64,000 nt of DNA from Podarcis bocagei (taxonomy: Eukaryota), in the NCBI GenBank assembly GCA_964188305.1, contig OZ076888.1; one strand, written 5' to 3'. The notes under the pieces were generated by a model. It was not told the DNA's origin. It saw nothing but the letters and a program-made list of their open reading frames with translations, and searched no databases. Every line of letters starts with the position of its first letter. Position 1 is the first letter of the stretch. Of this stretch, positions 24,101 to 39,221 are shown in pieces. Made by a program: the position numbers and the translations under genes.

Positions 24101-25605
24101 GTTCTGTTGGTCTTGAGTTTAGATAGAAGGCTCAGTTCTTTAAAAAAACATGAGCTGGTTAACATGCTGTGTAAGACAAACGTTTACCCTGTACTGGCAA
24201 ATGTAGAGATTACCATCTTTTGTTCAGCTTGATTGCTTTTTAATTAACATTGATGATCATGCCATCTGATGTTTCCAGAACTGGCTGAAAATGTTGGTAC
24301 AACAACTTTTGATGCCTAGAAGTTACTTCTTTGTTGCACATCGATGGCTGATAGCTTCTGAACTAGGAGATTCCCCGTCATGGTTGGCTGTGGGCTGGAG
24401 GGTTGTGGTCTATTCAGTGAAAAATTTGCAGTTGCCTAAAAGAAGGAGCCTTGAATGGGGGCTCCTCCAGGTTGAATCTGTTTGTTTCTTAGAGAGCTGA
24501 GGCTTGTCCATAGGGAAGTTGCCTGATATTGAGCTAGAACATTGGTCTATTGTTTACACCAGGAATTGGGAACATCAGGCACAGGGCTGAATGTGGTGCT
24601 CCAAGCTTCTCTGTCTTGTAGGACAGGCCATTCACTCCACCAACCTTACCCCATACCCTGCTTCCCTGCTTTTGCTTGGCTGAACTATCATAGTCCTTGT
24701 ATTGTGATGTTGCCTCTTGCTTACTGAATGGAGAGGTGTGTGTGAACACATGTGTAGAAACATCTGACTTTTGCATGGCTGGAATGTAGCCTCCTATGCA
24801 TATCTGTTGCTCTACTCACTTTTGCTGCTGGTCCCACCCTCAGGAGGCTCTCTTTGAGGTGATACAGCCCCTGAACTGAAAACATTTCTCCATCCCTGGA
24901 CTGCACTGAATGGCAGGAACTCTCCACCATTTCACATTGAAGTCTTAGTTGCACTCCTACCTGGAGATACCAGGATTTGAATCTTCTACCTTTTACATCC
25001 AAAGCATATAATATTACCAAGGAGCTTCCTCCTTTTAACTGATTTCCCACCTGTTCAATTATGTTACGTTCATAAACCTTCTACTGTGGAACTCTCCCCT
25101 CTGAAATTCAGCAGGTGCCTATAGTTGTTTCATTCAGACACAGCTTAAAACTTGGCTCTTCACTCTGGCTTTTGTAAGTTATTAATACCCAGCTGGAACT
25201 GCAGTTTTCTTTTTCCATTTCTGTGATTAATTGTTCAGTGTATTGTATTCTGCTAATAATTGTTATGGTCTTGTATTTTTTATTTAAATAGATTTTATTG
25301 TTTACTTGCCCAGATATCTCCAGATGGAGAGTGGACTATAAATATTTTAAACGAATACATTTGTCAATTGACAGCACAAAAATGCCACCACTCTCTTGAC
25401 AAGGAAACAGTCCCACTGAATAGATGAAAATGATGATGAGGTAATTTAAGTGCCTGGTGTATCTGTTGCTGGAGCTTGGTAGCACAGAAAAATACAATGC
25501 CACTCCCTTCTACCACATATTGGCAAAGGTCATTGGGATTTGTATTGTTGCTGATAGATTGTTAGCTGAATGAGGTTTCAAAAGTACATTGCCCCCCTTC
25601 TTTGC

Positions 25606-25606
<1 letters not shown>

Positions 25607-25638
<32 letters not shown>
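25607..25638. repeat. Compound (AT)n(AG)n microsatellite
   Basis: Read directly from the sequence. Confidence 0.93.
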
Positions 25639-28600
25639 TGAATAATGCTTGATAAATGTGACATCTTCATGTTAAAGCAGTTAGTCTGTTGCTCCATAAA
25701 TGTTGTCCCACATAAATTGGTAAGGCTGATAAAATACAGAACAGCACCAGAATTCATAGTTGGATGCTCTCATTATGGAAATGACACATCACTAGGCATG
25801 GATTTAGGCAACATGATTTTAATGATAATTACAATAGATGTTGTGAAAGCTTGGTTGTTAGCTGATTTGTGATAAAAGAGTCAAATAAAGATGGAATTGT
25901 ATTTGTCAGGAGTACTTTCAGTGGGACTCCTGCTGGCAAGTGATAAGATTTCCATGTGTGCTAACCACCATGGGAACTACTCACTTATGCTAGTATGATT
26001 CATTTTGCTACAATCCTCGGTTATGTTTTATGTGTTTGTGTTTAGTAGAAGGGTCTGGGGTGAGCTAGTGTAGCAGAATGGCTATGAAACTGAACTTTCG
26101 ACCAGAAAGTAAGTCCTGGTGGAAAAGACATCTCACCTCTGCCAGAAATTAATTACCAGGGCACAAGAAAGTCCTGATAATTCCCTTCCCTAGAAGCAAG
26201 AGGGTGATCATACTGATTACAGGAACACATTTTAGATCACTGAAGTAATGCATTCATGTCATGACAAAGCATGGTTTGTTGCAGGGATAGACTATTGCAG
26301 GAGTGCAGAAGCTGGGGCCCACCCAATGCTGTTGGAACTCCAGTTCCTCATCACTGTAGTGGTAACTTCAAAGACAACCCCATTTCTCTTAGTTTTCCAT
26401 ATCTTCCCCCATAGCTCTGATGTGCTACCTGAAAAAGTGAACCATGAACCACACTTCTAATCCCCCCCCAATGCTGCAGGAACTGAAACTGCACTTTTCT
26501 CAGGAGAAGGGGGAGAGTTGGTGAAACCACTTTTTGTTCTTTGTGACGATGTCACAGAGTTGCTGGTTCATGTGGGGCAAATGCTGTCAGGTTTGCATTC
26601 CGTATTCATGGGAATAAACTGCACTCTTCCTTGAATACTAAAGTTGGATGAAAGTGGAGAAAGAAAAATAGAATTCTTTATCAAGCCAGGATATCAAATT
26701 CATTGCTGGATCAAAAGATTGATTTTAATGAGAAGGGATTTGCAAATTATTACTGGTTTTCTAAGGTATCTATTACTCCAAATACATTTCCAGAGTCTGG
26801 CACTTTAAACCACATAAGAGAGACATCCTGTGTTCATTAGTTCTAGCTTTAATGAATGAAAAATAAGTACAGGTAGAAAAGTTAACTCGTCCCACCAGCC
26901 ATCTGTTTTGCATATATAGTATCCTGGCCGTGTTCTTTAACTGTGATAGCAAACACCAGTGCTGTAATGGGCTATTTTCTTTGTGTTGTGCATAAAATTC
27001 TCCCAATAGTCTGCCTTTCCTTGCAGTACAGCCAAGAATGGGTGCTGTCCAGTAGGACAGTGCTGATGCCCTGTTTCATGACAATGGACAGTACCTATAT
27101 TTATAGTACTTCCACTTCTCCAGAGCACCAACAGTGGTGCAGTGCAAGGGTGATGTGCACAGCACATAACAACCATTAATGCCTGTGTACACTCATGGGA
27201 CTAGCTTTCTTTTTCTCATCATGCCTCCCTTTTTTGAGCATCCAGGCACTCAAGATTCAGATTGGTTTTTGCATGTGAATGACCCCGGCTGGACTTGACT
27301 AGCAATCTCCAGCTATTTCAAAGTGATGAAAACTCTTGGGCCTAAGTTATCGCAGAGCACTGGGGTGTGACACGTATTTGAGTTAGAGTGGGAGTATGGC
27401 ATTCATAAAAGTAATAAAACTGCAAGCAATTGTTTGAGATGGCATCAGCTGTACTTGATGAATGAGTAATTAATAACCTAATTAAAATTTGAGTAAGTGA
27501 ATACTCCTTTGCATTCAGAAATATCAAATGGTGAAGGTTACCTCATCCTCCAGGGTGTTCTGCTACTGAAGTTAGATAGCTTAAGTAGCCTAATGATGGT
27601 TCAAATCAGGGGTAAGATAAGTGTATGCTTTTGAAGGCAGAATGTTTGACCTAGCAGGTCTATTCAGACATGATTCAGAGTCATAGTTAGACATTTCTGT
27701 GCCCAGTAAATAGTTGAATATCTATCTGCATCCCCAATTTACTCTTTTGAGTAATGGTGTTTTTTCCCCCACAGGCAGACACAAGAGATAAAGTAGATTG
27801 CTTTGCAATCCTGGTTCCCTTTCCTGCCTTTTCTTGGAGAGAAAAAGCCTGCCAGATCCTCCTGTTCTCTGTCCATCTCTGTCTACAGCAGGGTTGGGGC
27901 AACCTTTTTGGTATCAAGGTGTGCATTCCATTCTGGATAACCTTTTGAACTGCATGCCTGAGGTAGGCAGGGCCAGAAGCAAAAGCAGGTGTAGCATGCT
28001 GGATACTGTAGGATGAAATATAGGGTTGAATATCCAGACTTTGGACAGGGGGCTGGGATGAATCACACCACCAAAATGACACCTTAGATATGGTGTTATG
28101 ATGTTAAAATGAATGACAGTGAGGATGTGAGATGGATAAGAGAAGTCGAGGGGAGATTGCATGAACTAGAACCTGCTTAAACAAAGGTTCAGTTTTAACG
28201 TGGAACCTCAAGGCAGATGTGGGCAGAGGAAAACAGACCACTAATTCTACATGGTTTAGTACTGCTGAAAGTGTATAAAGCAGATCTCTACTTGTGGCGA
28301 CCATAATGCCTGAATAAGGCTTGCAGTGATGCTAAATCAAAATGTTCCTTTTGAAAGGTGTAACTATTTTTTGCTGTTAGACTAGACACAGTACAAAGTC
28401 AGAGTGAAGTTTATGGCTTCTTCATAGTTTTGTGGTATTTAAAGGACCACCTTACTTTTTATATCCCTGCACTACATTTATGGTCCATCACTGAGGCATG
28501 ATTGACTGCTCTTGTAATGTCATGTTATCACTAACTAGAAATGTGCATGCAGAGTTGTGGCTACTGAGATTATGGAACTCTGTGTCCACTGGGATCAGGC

Positions 28601-30699
28601 TGGCACTATCTACAATGTGTTTTAGGCATTAGCTAAGTGTTAATAAAAATGGCGAAATAATAAAATGTTATTGTTCCAGCAAGTATTTGAAGGTGTATTG
28701 TATTTCTGCGAACTCATTGATATATACTGTATTTTATTATGTTCTCTGCATTGATTTGTGAGCTTGGTTTCTACATTTTGTATCTTGTATACCTGATACC
28801 ATATAAATATATTTATCTGGATTACAAGATACAAATTGGAACAAAGTGTCTGCTCATTAAACACTTGAAGTAGATTTGGGCGTATTTTTTTTTAAAAAAG
28901 AAACATGGCTGCTTTAAAAATACAGCAGTGATAAGGTGGGGTATGGTTGTCATTAGGTAGGAATAATTTTATTTGCTTAGCTAAAAGCCATAACAAAACA
29001 GAATGCAAAAAATAAACAATAGAAAAAAAAATCATAGTTGAGTCACAAATTTAGCTCTTGATTTCCTGGCTGCCAGCCTAAATAAAGGAACATGCAAAGT
29101 AACATAGTTTTCATTATCAAACTGCAAAAAAGCCTACATACCATGCATCCCTTTGCATGGTCGCAATTAGCTTTTTGGTGAGATGGCATTCTTAAAAAGT
29201 ATGTTATTTTGTGACTTTTCAGATTTGACTACTGCAGCCATGACTGGGATCTAGTGTTGATTAAGGTGACATTGTCTAACATTAAAAATTGTTTCATGTG
29301 TTGATTAAGAACAACATCTTTTCAGGGCCATTTTATCGTAGCTTGAGATCTTCACTGATTGTGAGGTAATTCACAGTAGAAATGTCATTCAGGGTAATTG
29401 GATTGTGCTTTAGAAGCAATATCTTGTTAACAGCATCCCTTGGAGACATGTGTTTATCTGTGGGGTGATATGGATCTAATCTGTATAGACATGTACATTA
29501 TTATTATTGGATAGTTATTATTTTAAACCTGTGTAATCCTACGTCAGTTAAGACTTAATCAGCTATTGGTAACACAGACCTGTCCTTTGTGGGTGGCATA
29601 ACAAATACATTCACTCATGACTATAGATAGAATCCTACGTTTCAGTCCCCATGAGAAACAAGGATACGAACATGTTTTCTTCTCTCCTACGTTTGCTGTA
29701 TGATGATGCAAAAGTTCATCAAATTGGTCCTGTCTCTCACCTTATTTATATTTAATCTCAATGTCCTCAATGCGGGTGTTTTGTGCGGGGTGTGTGTGTG
29801 TGACGGTGGCTCTCATTTACTATTGCAAGCCTCCTCAACATGGAGCATGCCATTTTTACGTACTTCAAGGTACCAGCAAACAACTGGTGATTTATAATAA
29901 GTAGTATTAGTACTAGGTAAGCAGAAAGGATTAAAGCTTTTATATTGGCACAAATTTGTGGTGGTGAGTAGAAAATAGACCATCCAACAGCACAGGCAAT
30001 TGATCTTCAGAAGATTATGTATTTAATGCCGACAGAGTAATTTTGTCTCATGCTCTCGCTGATATGACTTGATGGACAGTGAATTGGGGTTCCTCTGCAG
30101 AAAGATTTTTGGTGCCTCAGATACAATTTTTTCTTGAAACAGTCTCCTTGAGATGCCAGAACAATTTTATATGATTTCCAGATGTCTGTGCAGCTGTCTT
30201 TTGACCAGTGTGGACTGTCAGAAAGATAGCAAGGAAGGGGAAGGGGCAAAGGCAGTTTGGTGACAGCCCTCCCAAATGAAATACCCACTTAAGAAGAGCA
30301 GGAAGGACAAACATATCTTAAGGGTTGTTTTTATCCCAGGAGTCAGAAGTTGATTCTCTCTGTCTGCCCTCCCTGTATTTACACGCTTGGAAATTCTGAG
30401 ATTACAATGGATAGGTGGCCTATGTTTAAAACTACAGACATAGTCAACATTTGGTGGGCTTCCTGCTAATGGCAAATTAATGTTCCTGACTGTTCTCTTA
30501 TCTGTTCTGAACTCTGCTATCTGCGAAGAGTAACTAAACTGCTGAACCATTTGTTACATTTGTGCTATGGTTGTCTTTGCGGGGAATGAATCATAGACTT
30601 GTAGAATTGGAAGGGATTCCCAAGGCTCATCTAGTCCAACCTCTGCAATGCAGGAATCTCAACTAAATCATGACTAACCAATGACCATCCAACCTCTAA

Positions 30700-31210
30700 T
30701 GTCATGTTATGGTTGAGTCACTTGGTGGCCCTGGACTGAGTGCTCTCTACAGCTCTTCTGTTCCTGTTTTCAGAGGTGATGAAATTCTTGTCCAGCTTCC
30801 TGTCAAGAGCAGCTTAAGGACATGTGTGGCTGCCTCATGTGGTAAACCACTGAAATGCATTAAGAAACCTTCTTAATTGCCCCCCACTTCCCACTACGCT
30901 GGCTGATCATTGTTTTTTCCTTGCAGGAAAAGGTATAAAAGGCTTCCCCTTTTCATCTGTGTCTTGCTTGAGCAGCAAACTCTGCCTAAGCCCTGGCATA
31001 TCTCTGCATTTCTGATCTTTCCTTAAATCCTGACTTGTTCTCCCACCTTGCCTGCATGTTCTCCACTGGATCCTAATTATACTTTGGTTCTGCTTCCTGG
31101 TTTGATCTTTGATTGCTCTTTGATCCAGAGTCCTGGCTCCCAACTCCGGACTTGCTCCAGACTACTTCCCATGGCCCAGCCCTTCCTTGCTGGTCTGGCT
31201 GCATCTGCTG
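30700..31210 (+). mobile_element. Possible degenerate solo LTR
   Basis: Begins TGTCATG right after a CR1 tail; TATAAAA at 30934 followed by a C/T-rich segment, the same layout as 5710-6360. Right end and TSD not resolved. Confidence 0.3.
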
Positions 31211-33279
31211 GTGGGCTCCCTGCCTTCCACCTCACCAGCTGTATTGGGTACCAGTCACTGCTGCTTCGGCACTTTCCACATCATTGTCAATAAGTCACCA
31301 TCAATTTCGTCTTCCTTGTTGTCATTTTTCAGTAACCCTTCAACAACGAAGCTGCCAAGGGCTCTTGTTGAGACAAGACTGTGAAACGGATTCTGCAAAT
31401 AAATTGGGTATTATCATTTTATGTCTCCATCTTTTCTATTCCATGTGAATGTCTGGATGTTCAGTTATAATGTGAGTGTGCTACATCGTTGCACCCAGTC
31501 GAAAAAGTGGCCAGTTTCCTTTTGAACCTGTTGATTGAATTTTGGTTTCAATCGATTTCCATTGCAATTTTGTATTGTGGGGAGGCTGTAGTGCCATCAA
31601 GTGCATGTTTTTCACTTGCAATGAGAAATGTAATTCATTCTGTTGCAAAACAACATCATCGACCTTTTCTACTGTGGTAGATAAATAAGGAGGACTTGGC
31701 TCTGAGACTGCTCCTTGGCACCGCTGCTGTCAGTTACTTTTTATTTTTGCAATCTCCATCTTGTGATTTCTAATAACTGAACAAAACTCTGAACTGTGAA
31801 CTTGGACAAGACATGGTCTGCCAATTTCAGACCTGTGAAGAGATGGCTCCCTGCCGCCTTTCACAGCTGCAAAGGAAGAAAATGTTACCCTTACGTATTC
31901 AGAAGCATGCTTTGAAGTGTATAAGCTGGAGGATCTGGATTTTAGTCAATAAGAGTCACATGGCTGGTAATTTTGTTGGATGTTGTTCTCCTCTTGTCCT
32001 ATCAAGAATGACATATCTGTGACACGAGGCACAACTCAGTGAACCACAAGTGCTTAAATTTAAGATGATGTAGTGGAGGAGCAAAGGAAATGTGCAGATA
32101 CAAGAAAAACACAGAGAAAGGGGGAAAGGGGTGGTGAAACAAAAGCATTTGTATGAATCATCGAGCCATATTTATATGCCTTCCTGAAATCAGTGTTTTG
32201 ACGACAAAATGTATGTAGCTGTATGAAGCCATCTTTGCAGTAGAAACTAATTTCCTATTGAGAGTGACTGCTTCGAAGATGCTATTGTCTTCAGATTTGA
32301 CTACAAAGAGTGAAGCTTATATTTCTCCAACATTAGGGCATTTCAACGAATTACCTTTGCCTTTCTGTAATTTAAACCACTAATATGAATGAATGATTTT
32401 CATTTAGTTCTAAAGGCTATAAAACCACCTGCTTTGAATTAATCCACAAGGAGAACAATGTGTTTCGAAAACTCTCCTCTAGTTCTTTGGCATTTTAATT
32501 CTAGGCATGGTTAAAAAAACAGAGCAGCTTGGGAGACTGTGATGAAGCTTTCAGTCCAGTCCTATGCATATTTAAGCAGAAGTTCCTTTGATTTACTCCA
32601 CCAATGTATGATCTCTTCTCCAAAATAAGTCCCCCCAAGTTTAATGGTGCCTACTCCCATGTAGTTGTGTTGCAGGATTCTACTGAAAAATATGGGGAAA
32701 TTCCAGATATCCAGATACCCTTCTAGTAAATCTTTCTCTCCCCACTCCCACTGCCTCAGATCAGCACTCTGGGAGAGGATGTGTATCTTGGAGAGTGGAA
32801 TTTAATTGGCAGAAGGGTTCAGCAGCCCTAGATTTGTTGTCAGGCTGAGCTCTGGAGTATGTACAGCAAAAGTTAAGAACAGTGCCTATGCATGCGCAGA
32901 GTGTTTTCCTTCATCACCAAAACCGGCAGCCTGTCCCTGACACTTGGGATGAGAAAAGGAATCCAAGGCAGATTGAATTTTGTTAGCAAACCCGCTAAAG
33001 AAAAAATCAAGGACTGGCCCAAGCAACAATAGAGGTGCCCCAAAAGGATTGTCTGTCCTTCACTCACCCACCCACCCATTGGGTTTGATCAAGGAAATTA
33101 AAGGAACTCCAACCCATCTACTATCTCTGCCTCATCCACAGTTCACAGGCAGCCCTTCTGCTGTGCTCCTATATCCTAACCCAGGCTGGTCATAACTCCC
33201 ACTAGACATGTGTTCAGCAACTGTTGAGAAAGGGCCTCATCCCATTGTGCACCTATAGGGGAGGTTCAAAAAGTATCTA

Positions 33280-33993
33280 CATGGTGCTTGAGAATAACTT
33301 GCACCTAAATATTAGTAAGACAAAGGAGATGGTGTTGGACTTTTGGAGGAAGAGAGGGGAACCTGCCCCATTGTATATTGGAGGGGGGGCTGTGTGGAGA
33401 GAGTCTCCTCCTTTAAATTCCTGGGATTGGAAAATCAACATTACTCAGGTGGTAAGAAAGGCCCAGCAGAGACTCCATTTCCTCAGGGTTTTGCGAAAGA
33501 ATAATGTTAAACAACAACTGATGAACTCCTTTTACCGGTCCACAATAGAAAGTGTCCTTTCATATTGTATCACAGTCTGGTATGCTGGCCTGACAGCCAC
33601 AGACAGAAAGTCTCTACAGAGGGTGGTGAATACAGCACATGATATCATGGGCTGTCCCTTGAGTCTGCTAGATGACATCGCAAGGGATCGTTGCCTCAGG
33701 AGAGCGAGAAAAATTATCAGGGGTGACTCACACCCCGGCCATCACCTCTTTAATTTTCTACCCTCGGGCAGGAGATATAGAGGTATAATCAGCCGTACCA
33801 ACAGGCTAAAAAATAGCTTCTATCTGTGGGATTATAGGCTGTTGAACGGAAAATAACATCGTGAAATTGACTTGCGAGGTGGTGTATTGTTCAATAAGAG
33901 ATTGACTGGTGGTGGGAGGAGGCTTGTTTAATTTCATTTTACACAGGTTGTACAATAACAATAAAGGTGTTGTTGTTGCTGCTGTTGTTATTA
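33280..33993 (+). mobile_element. Rex1/Babar-type LINE 3' fragment
   Basis: Peptide NNLHLNISKTKEMVLDF...KAQQRLHFLRVLRK...FYRSTIESVLSYCITVWY...DRKSLQRVV...DSHPGHHLF..LPSGRRYR...RTNRLKNSFY, the typical RT C-terminal region; AATAAA and a (GTT)-like tail near 33960-33990. Confidence 0.88.
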
Positions 33994-36079
33994 GAGCTCC
34001 TCCTTTGCAAATCAGGATCTCCCCTTGCATGGAGCAGTACTCTGCAATGTGACCCCCCATGGTTCTTTCAGCAAATGAGTTCAGTTAAGCCCTTTCTCGT
34101 GAGGTGACAATCTAGTTCTCTGCCACCAGCATCAGATGCTGGGCAAGGTGAGAGAGAACAATGTGGGCAGCAGGACACTCAAGTGGAATAGGGCGTTTGC
34201 CACAGAAGAACCGACGGGTAATCCTGACCCTGCTACGGTTGTCAAGCTCCAGCTTGCAAGCCGGGGATGTGCTCTGCCTCATCTTCCAGGCTGGCTGACC
34301 TACTTGGAGGGTAAAAGCTCCCAAGCTGCTGAGTTACCATCTGGATCACTGAAGCTGCTTGCTTCCAAGAAGCCAAGCAGACTTGGTTACAACAGGGGAA
34401 AAGGAGTTATGATTTACTGTAATAATGCTTATTTGTGAATTATGACATGGTTATCATGCACTCCTGGTGTGTGAGTGGTCTGAGTAAGCCACACAGTGAT
34501 TGGTAAGTGCTCAAGCAGAGGAAAAAGAACAACTTTGCAGGGGATGAACCTGGTCCTGGTGTGGTCCATGTGTTACATATCTCTAGCTTGTGCTCCTGCA
34601 TCCCTGACTATTGATCATGCTGTTGGGAGTTGGAGTCCAACAACCTCTGTCCAATTCCCCATCGCTGCACAACTCTGACCTGCTCTTAAGATTAGGACAA
34701 TTGTTTCACCTGTGTCTCCATATCTACCGTTGAAAGCCATTACATCTTGCCTTGCTTCTGTTTTCATAGCACTGCTAAGGGGAGAGGGCAATAAAAAGGA
34801 AAGCAAAGAGCTTGTTTGATCAGTTTTTCCCTTCACTGAACTGTATCTATCTTGGTTCAATGGTTCACTACTGTCACATCTGAAACAGTGATACTTAACA
34901 GTTCTATAGAGCTTTTCACATCCTTAAGAGCTCACCAAACATTATCTAATTCATAAGAAGAGAAGCTAGTTTATTAAGCTCTTGGAAATCTTTGGACACA
35001 AGTAAAATTTGTGGGGCAAGGTTTCACATTGTGTCAGCCAGATTTCCCTTTTAAGTCAGTGGCTGGCAGAAAGTAGATCTGGATGTCTGGTAGATCCCTG
35101 GGTGATTGGTATTAGATCAGTAAGGATTTCTGACTCTGATTTGTTTAATGATAGCAGCAACAAAATGACGTCCCCCAGTCCACCCTAAACTCTACTGCTG
35201 AAATGAAGAAAGCTTGAGGTCACTAGGAGTGGTTTTTTTTAATGTGAGCTCTGTTCAGTTCTGGTACTTCTCAGAACAAATTAAATTCTGAAGCTTTGGT
35301 CAGGCATTTTGTTGCTGGGTAGAGTAATCCCATAAGAGTGGGCTGTAGGGATGAGTGTGCTCACTCTTTCCCCTTGTTACCTTCTCTGAGTTGGGGGTAG
35401 GTGGGGTGTGATCGCATGAAGCAGGGAGGCTTCTGTGTTCATCAATGCTCCCCACACATTTCAAAACCCTGGAAAAGCAGGGTTCTAAAAGGCACAGAGT
35501 CCCTATGGATACAGAAGATGCCCTATTACAGGAGGCCCTCCCAATATTTGAATGTCAGGGGCCCAGAATGAATAATGTACTGAACAGGGTTAATGGCGGC
35601 TGCTACTTGTGACATCTCAATGGTTTAGCTCAATGGTTTGTTATTGAGTAATTGGTCTTCATATGTTTTACTGAGTAGAGGTGGATATTCAGCTATTGCA
35701 CTATTTATCCTTTCAATAAATGAAATTCAGTTCATCCCCATGGTTGGAATGAAGGGCTAAAACTTATTTAAGCTCCATGATCTGGTTTTAGATACTTACG
35801 GGATTGTGATGGTTTATTCCTATCTACTGTGCTTCCAAGACTGTTTTTCATCCTCCATTATTAAAGCTCTAATGTGCATGTTTGCAATCCTAAACACAGT
35901 AGACAGTAAGCCACATTGAACACCGCAGGGCTTATTTCAAAATAAACATTTATAGGATTGTACATTGCTTTGCTTGACATCTTAAAGTCCCCACCCCCCA
36001 CCATCACATTAATGTGTTTTATTAGACTATGAAGTGGGATTTATAAATCCCTTTCTTCTGGGGTTATTTTCCCAGTATT

Positions 36080-36080
<1 letters not shown>

Positions 36081-36112
<32 letters not shown>
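36081..36112. repeat. (AC)n microsatellite
   Basis: Read directly from the sequence. Confidence 0.97.
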
Positions 36113-36114
<2 letters not shown>

Positions 36115-36561
36115 CTTTGAAGACAGAAAAGGTAATTTTTCTCTCTTCAGTGTTTTGTTTAAAGTATTTTGCAGTATTATGACACTTTTTCCTGAAGGGT
36201 TTTTAAATAAATAAATGCATTTCATTCATAGGTACAGAATCAACACACAATTAGTTTTAAATCACTGTTCTAACTCAGCTTGATCCAGAGTAGATCTTAG
36301 ACAAACTTAGCAAGAGCAACAGTCATTTATAAAATGTGCTGATTCCGTACCTATAAATGTTTTATTTTAATATTTTAAAAAAACTGTCATGGAAAGCTGT
36401 GAGGACACACTGAACAGTTAGGTAAACAAGAAGTTTATCTCTCTTAAATGAGAACAGAATTTCAACAGGAAACTCCTCACCTCAGCCGCAAACACTTAGT
36501 GACACAGTATAGTACTATATGACACTAATTACAATTACAATGACACTAACTGTAATGTTTC

Positions 36562-36727
36562 CTGGGACTCATTTACACAGCTACAAGTAAAACATTTTAA
36601 ATGTGTTTTAAAGTGCAATATACAAATGTGACACTAGATGGTGACAGTGAGCTATGCAAAATTCCATGTATTTTTCGAAACCTTAAAAAATATTTCCCAG
36701 CATTTTTTATATGTGTGTAAATTCCAC
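36562..36727 (+). repeat. ~165-bp MITE-like repeat, copy A
   Basis: Reverse-complement match to 42217-42388; imperfect terminal inverted repeat around ATTTACAC/GTGTAAAT. Confidence 0.8.
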
Positions 36728-39221
36728 CCGGTTCTTGCTAGAGAACTTTCTACAATGCACCTTCAGAGAGTGGCAATACTTGTGATCTGATACTGGTTTT
36801 AACCCATATCTCTCTGTAAGCTGCAGGGCCATAAATAGGCTGGGAATGTTGACACCTCCTGGAAGGAGCTTACTGTGCTGTCTTAAAAAGCCTCGTCAAG
36901 TCCGTATGTGCAGAATTCATGATATTGCAAGGAATGGAGATGTTATTGGGGTTCAGTTTGTGAGAAAAAAGCAGAAGGGCTATATATTCAGATTAGGGGC
37001 CAGAGAAGGGGCTGAAAAGACCTCTAGTTGGGACAAATGTGTAATTCCTTTCCTCTGTATCTTCCTTAGAATATCTAGGTTTGGGGGCAGCAGTGCCAGC
37101 TCATGGGGGGGGGTGTGAGCTGTCTTGGGCGGTGTGGCTGGCTGCTCCTCCTCCTGCTACTGCTGTGGAAGGAGGCCGAGTGCGAGAGAGGATGAGCTGC
37201 TGGCCTTAGAAGCCACACCATGCTTGGTTCCCTGCTCGGCCTCATCCAACAATGTGTGTGTGATGTCACACTCGTGTATCTCACGTGTAACGTGACCCAT
37301 GGGCCCCTTCAACCAACGGCATAAGTTGGCCCCTCTGTTTAGGGGTTTTGACGCTCAGTGAGATTTAGGCCATTAAATATAGGCAGCGTGAATATGAGCA
37401 AGAGATCTTGCACTGCAGAACAGCCGTAGCCTAGGGAAAGGTAAGCCCTGGTTTGGGAGCCACCTGCTGAGTGAGAAAGCAGAAAAAAAGCAGCTACAAC
37501 CTCCCGTTGTGCTTAGAAGAGAACCTGATTTACAGAACATCTGGTGGCTGAAAAAACCTATTGGGTTCTGCAGACACGCTTAAAGCCTTTGTTTTCTCCC
37601 TACATTGTAAGTCAGTGGCAAGGATCCATTTCCTTGGAATATCTACATTCACACTCAACTTTCCAAATCCCTCAACAAACTTTGGTCGTTTGTAAATGTA
37701 TAATTGATGTTCCTTTATCAGCAGAGTATCAGGATTGTATATTTCATGGCAGATAGCCTAGCGAGACTAATGGGGATATCAAGATCAGCATAAAATTACA
37801 ATAAATTGTGAATTGCAAAATCAGCAGATTATTGGATATAAATTGTGTGTGCACAAACTTTTAAAATTTGTTCATTCTCCAGGGCTTTCCACAGAAAGCT
37901 TCTGACTGTGGTAAGAATTAGAACTCATAGTTTTTGAACTGCTGATTTTCCTTGACGTTAAAAGCAACAAGGAAGAATATATAGTGAATCTTTATCTTAT
38001 CTGTATCATTGGACTAGGACAAAGACAAATCCTTCTCCACTGAAATTCCCTTTTAAAAGTAATTTATTATTTCTACTGATTTCCTTAAAGTATCTCCAGG
38101 GCGCAACCATGAATTTTTCATGTTTGAAATGATACAGACTCAGGTTCCACAAAGAAGCAACGTTGTTAAACATTCTGAAGTCACTCGTACTTATTCATCT
38201 GGGATACCCAGGAGAGGATGTGCACCACAAATTAGTGTTTCATTGGAAAGCTGATTTTAATAAACAAATGTAAGTAAGACAGACTTTCTGATCGCTAGTC
38301 CAAGTTTGTCAGAAAATACAGGTGTGTTCTAATAACTTTTTGTTTGCCAATTAGTATCCCAGTGCAATTTAGTTTCTATAATATTTCCCCAGCATTTGAC
38401 TCAATAGTGGGTGCTGACACAGTGGGTGCTGATCATTTACCTACTTACACCAGTGATTTCTGTAAAATTAGCTCTTCCCTTCCTCCCTAAGGAGAGGAGA
38501 TAAATAAATAGTGCATAGCTTGGTAACTGCTCCAGGCCTGTGGAGTCAGTTGGCCAGATTGACAGTATATAAAAGCAATTTCCATTTGACAGAGGAGGAA
38601 CACATTATTGAATGGAGGAGAGATGTTGTAAGGAGCTCATCCTACTCTCAAGTAGGACCCTGGCAGAGACACATGCCTGACTGGCATGTTATCTCCCTCC
38701 TGGTCGATTGTTCAGGAGCTTCAAAAGCTTTCTTCAGCCCAAACATTACAGCGACCGATGCCAACAGACATTGGCACACTTAGGGATCTGCAGAGTCTTT
38801 GCAGCTTGCGTAACAGACCTCAGCATCTCAGCATTTTGGCTAATCTACTTTATTTACATATAAACATACATAGAGCACTGCAACATGGCTCCCTCTTTCT
38901 CTAGCATCAGACAGCAAAGAGAAATAACAAAGGATAATAGTCCCACTTCATGGAACACAGTAACACAAACATCCTGTCTCCGTCACTTCCCACTCTGTGG
39001 AGTCAAAACATACATCGTCATGTGATAGACAAAAATCCCATAAATGCAATCATGGAGCAGGAATTCTAACAGATGTGACTGGCCAATGGGTGTGTTATGC
39101 ATTTGATCCATGTCCATCAAAACTGGAGGTGAATTGTAGCCATTTATCTGCTCACCCAGGTAGGATAAGGGAGCCACAACTTTGGACCCTTTTATTCTCC
39201 TTGAGTTTTCTAAAATTTTAT

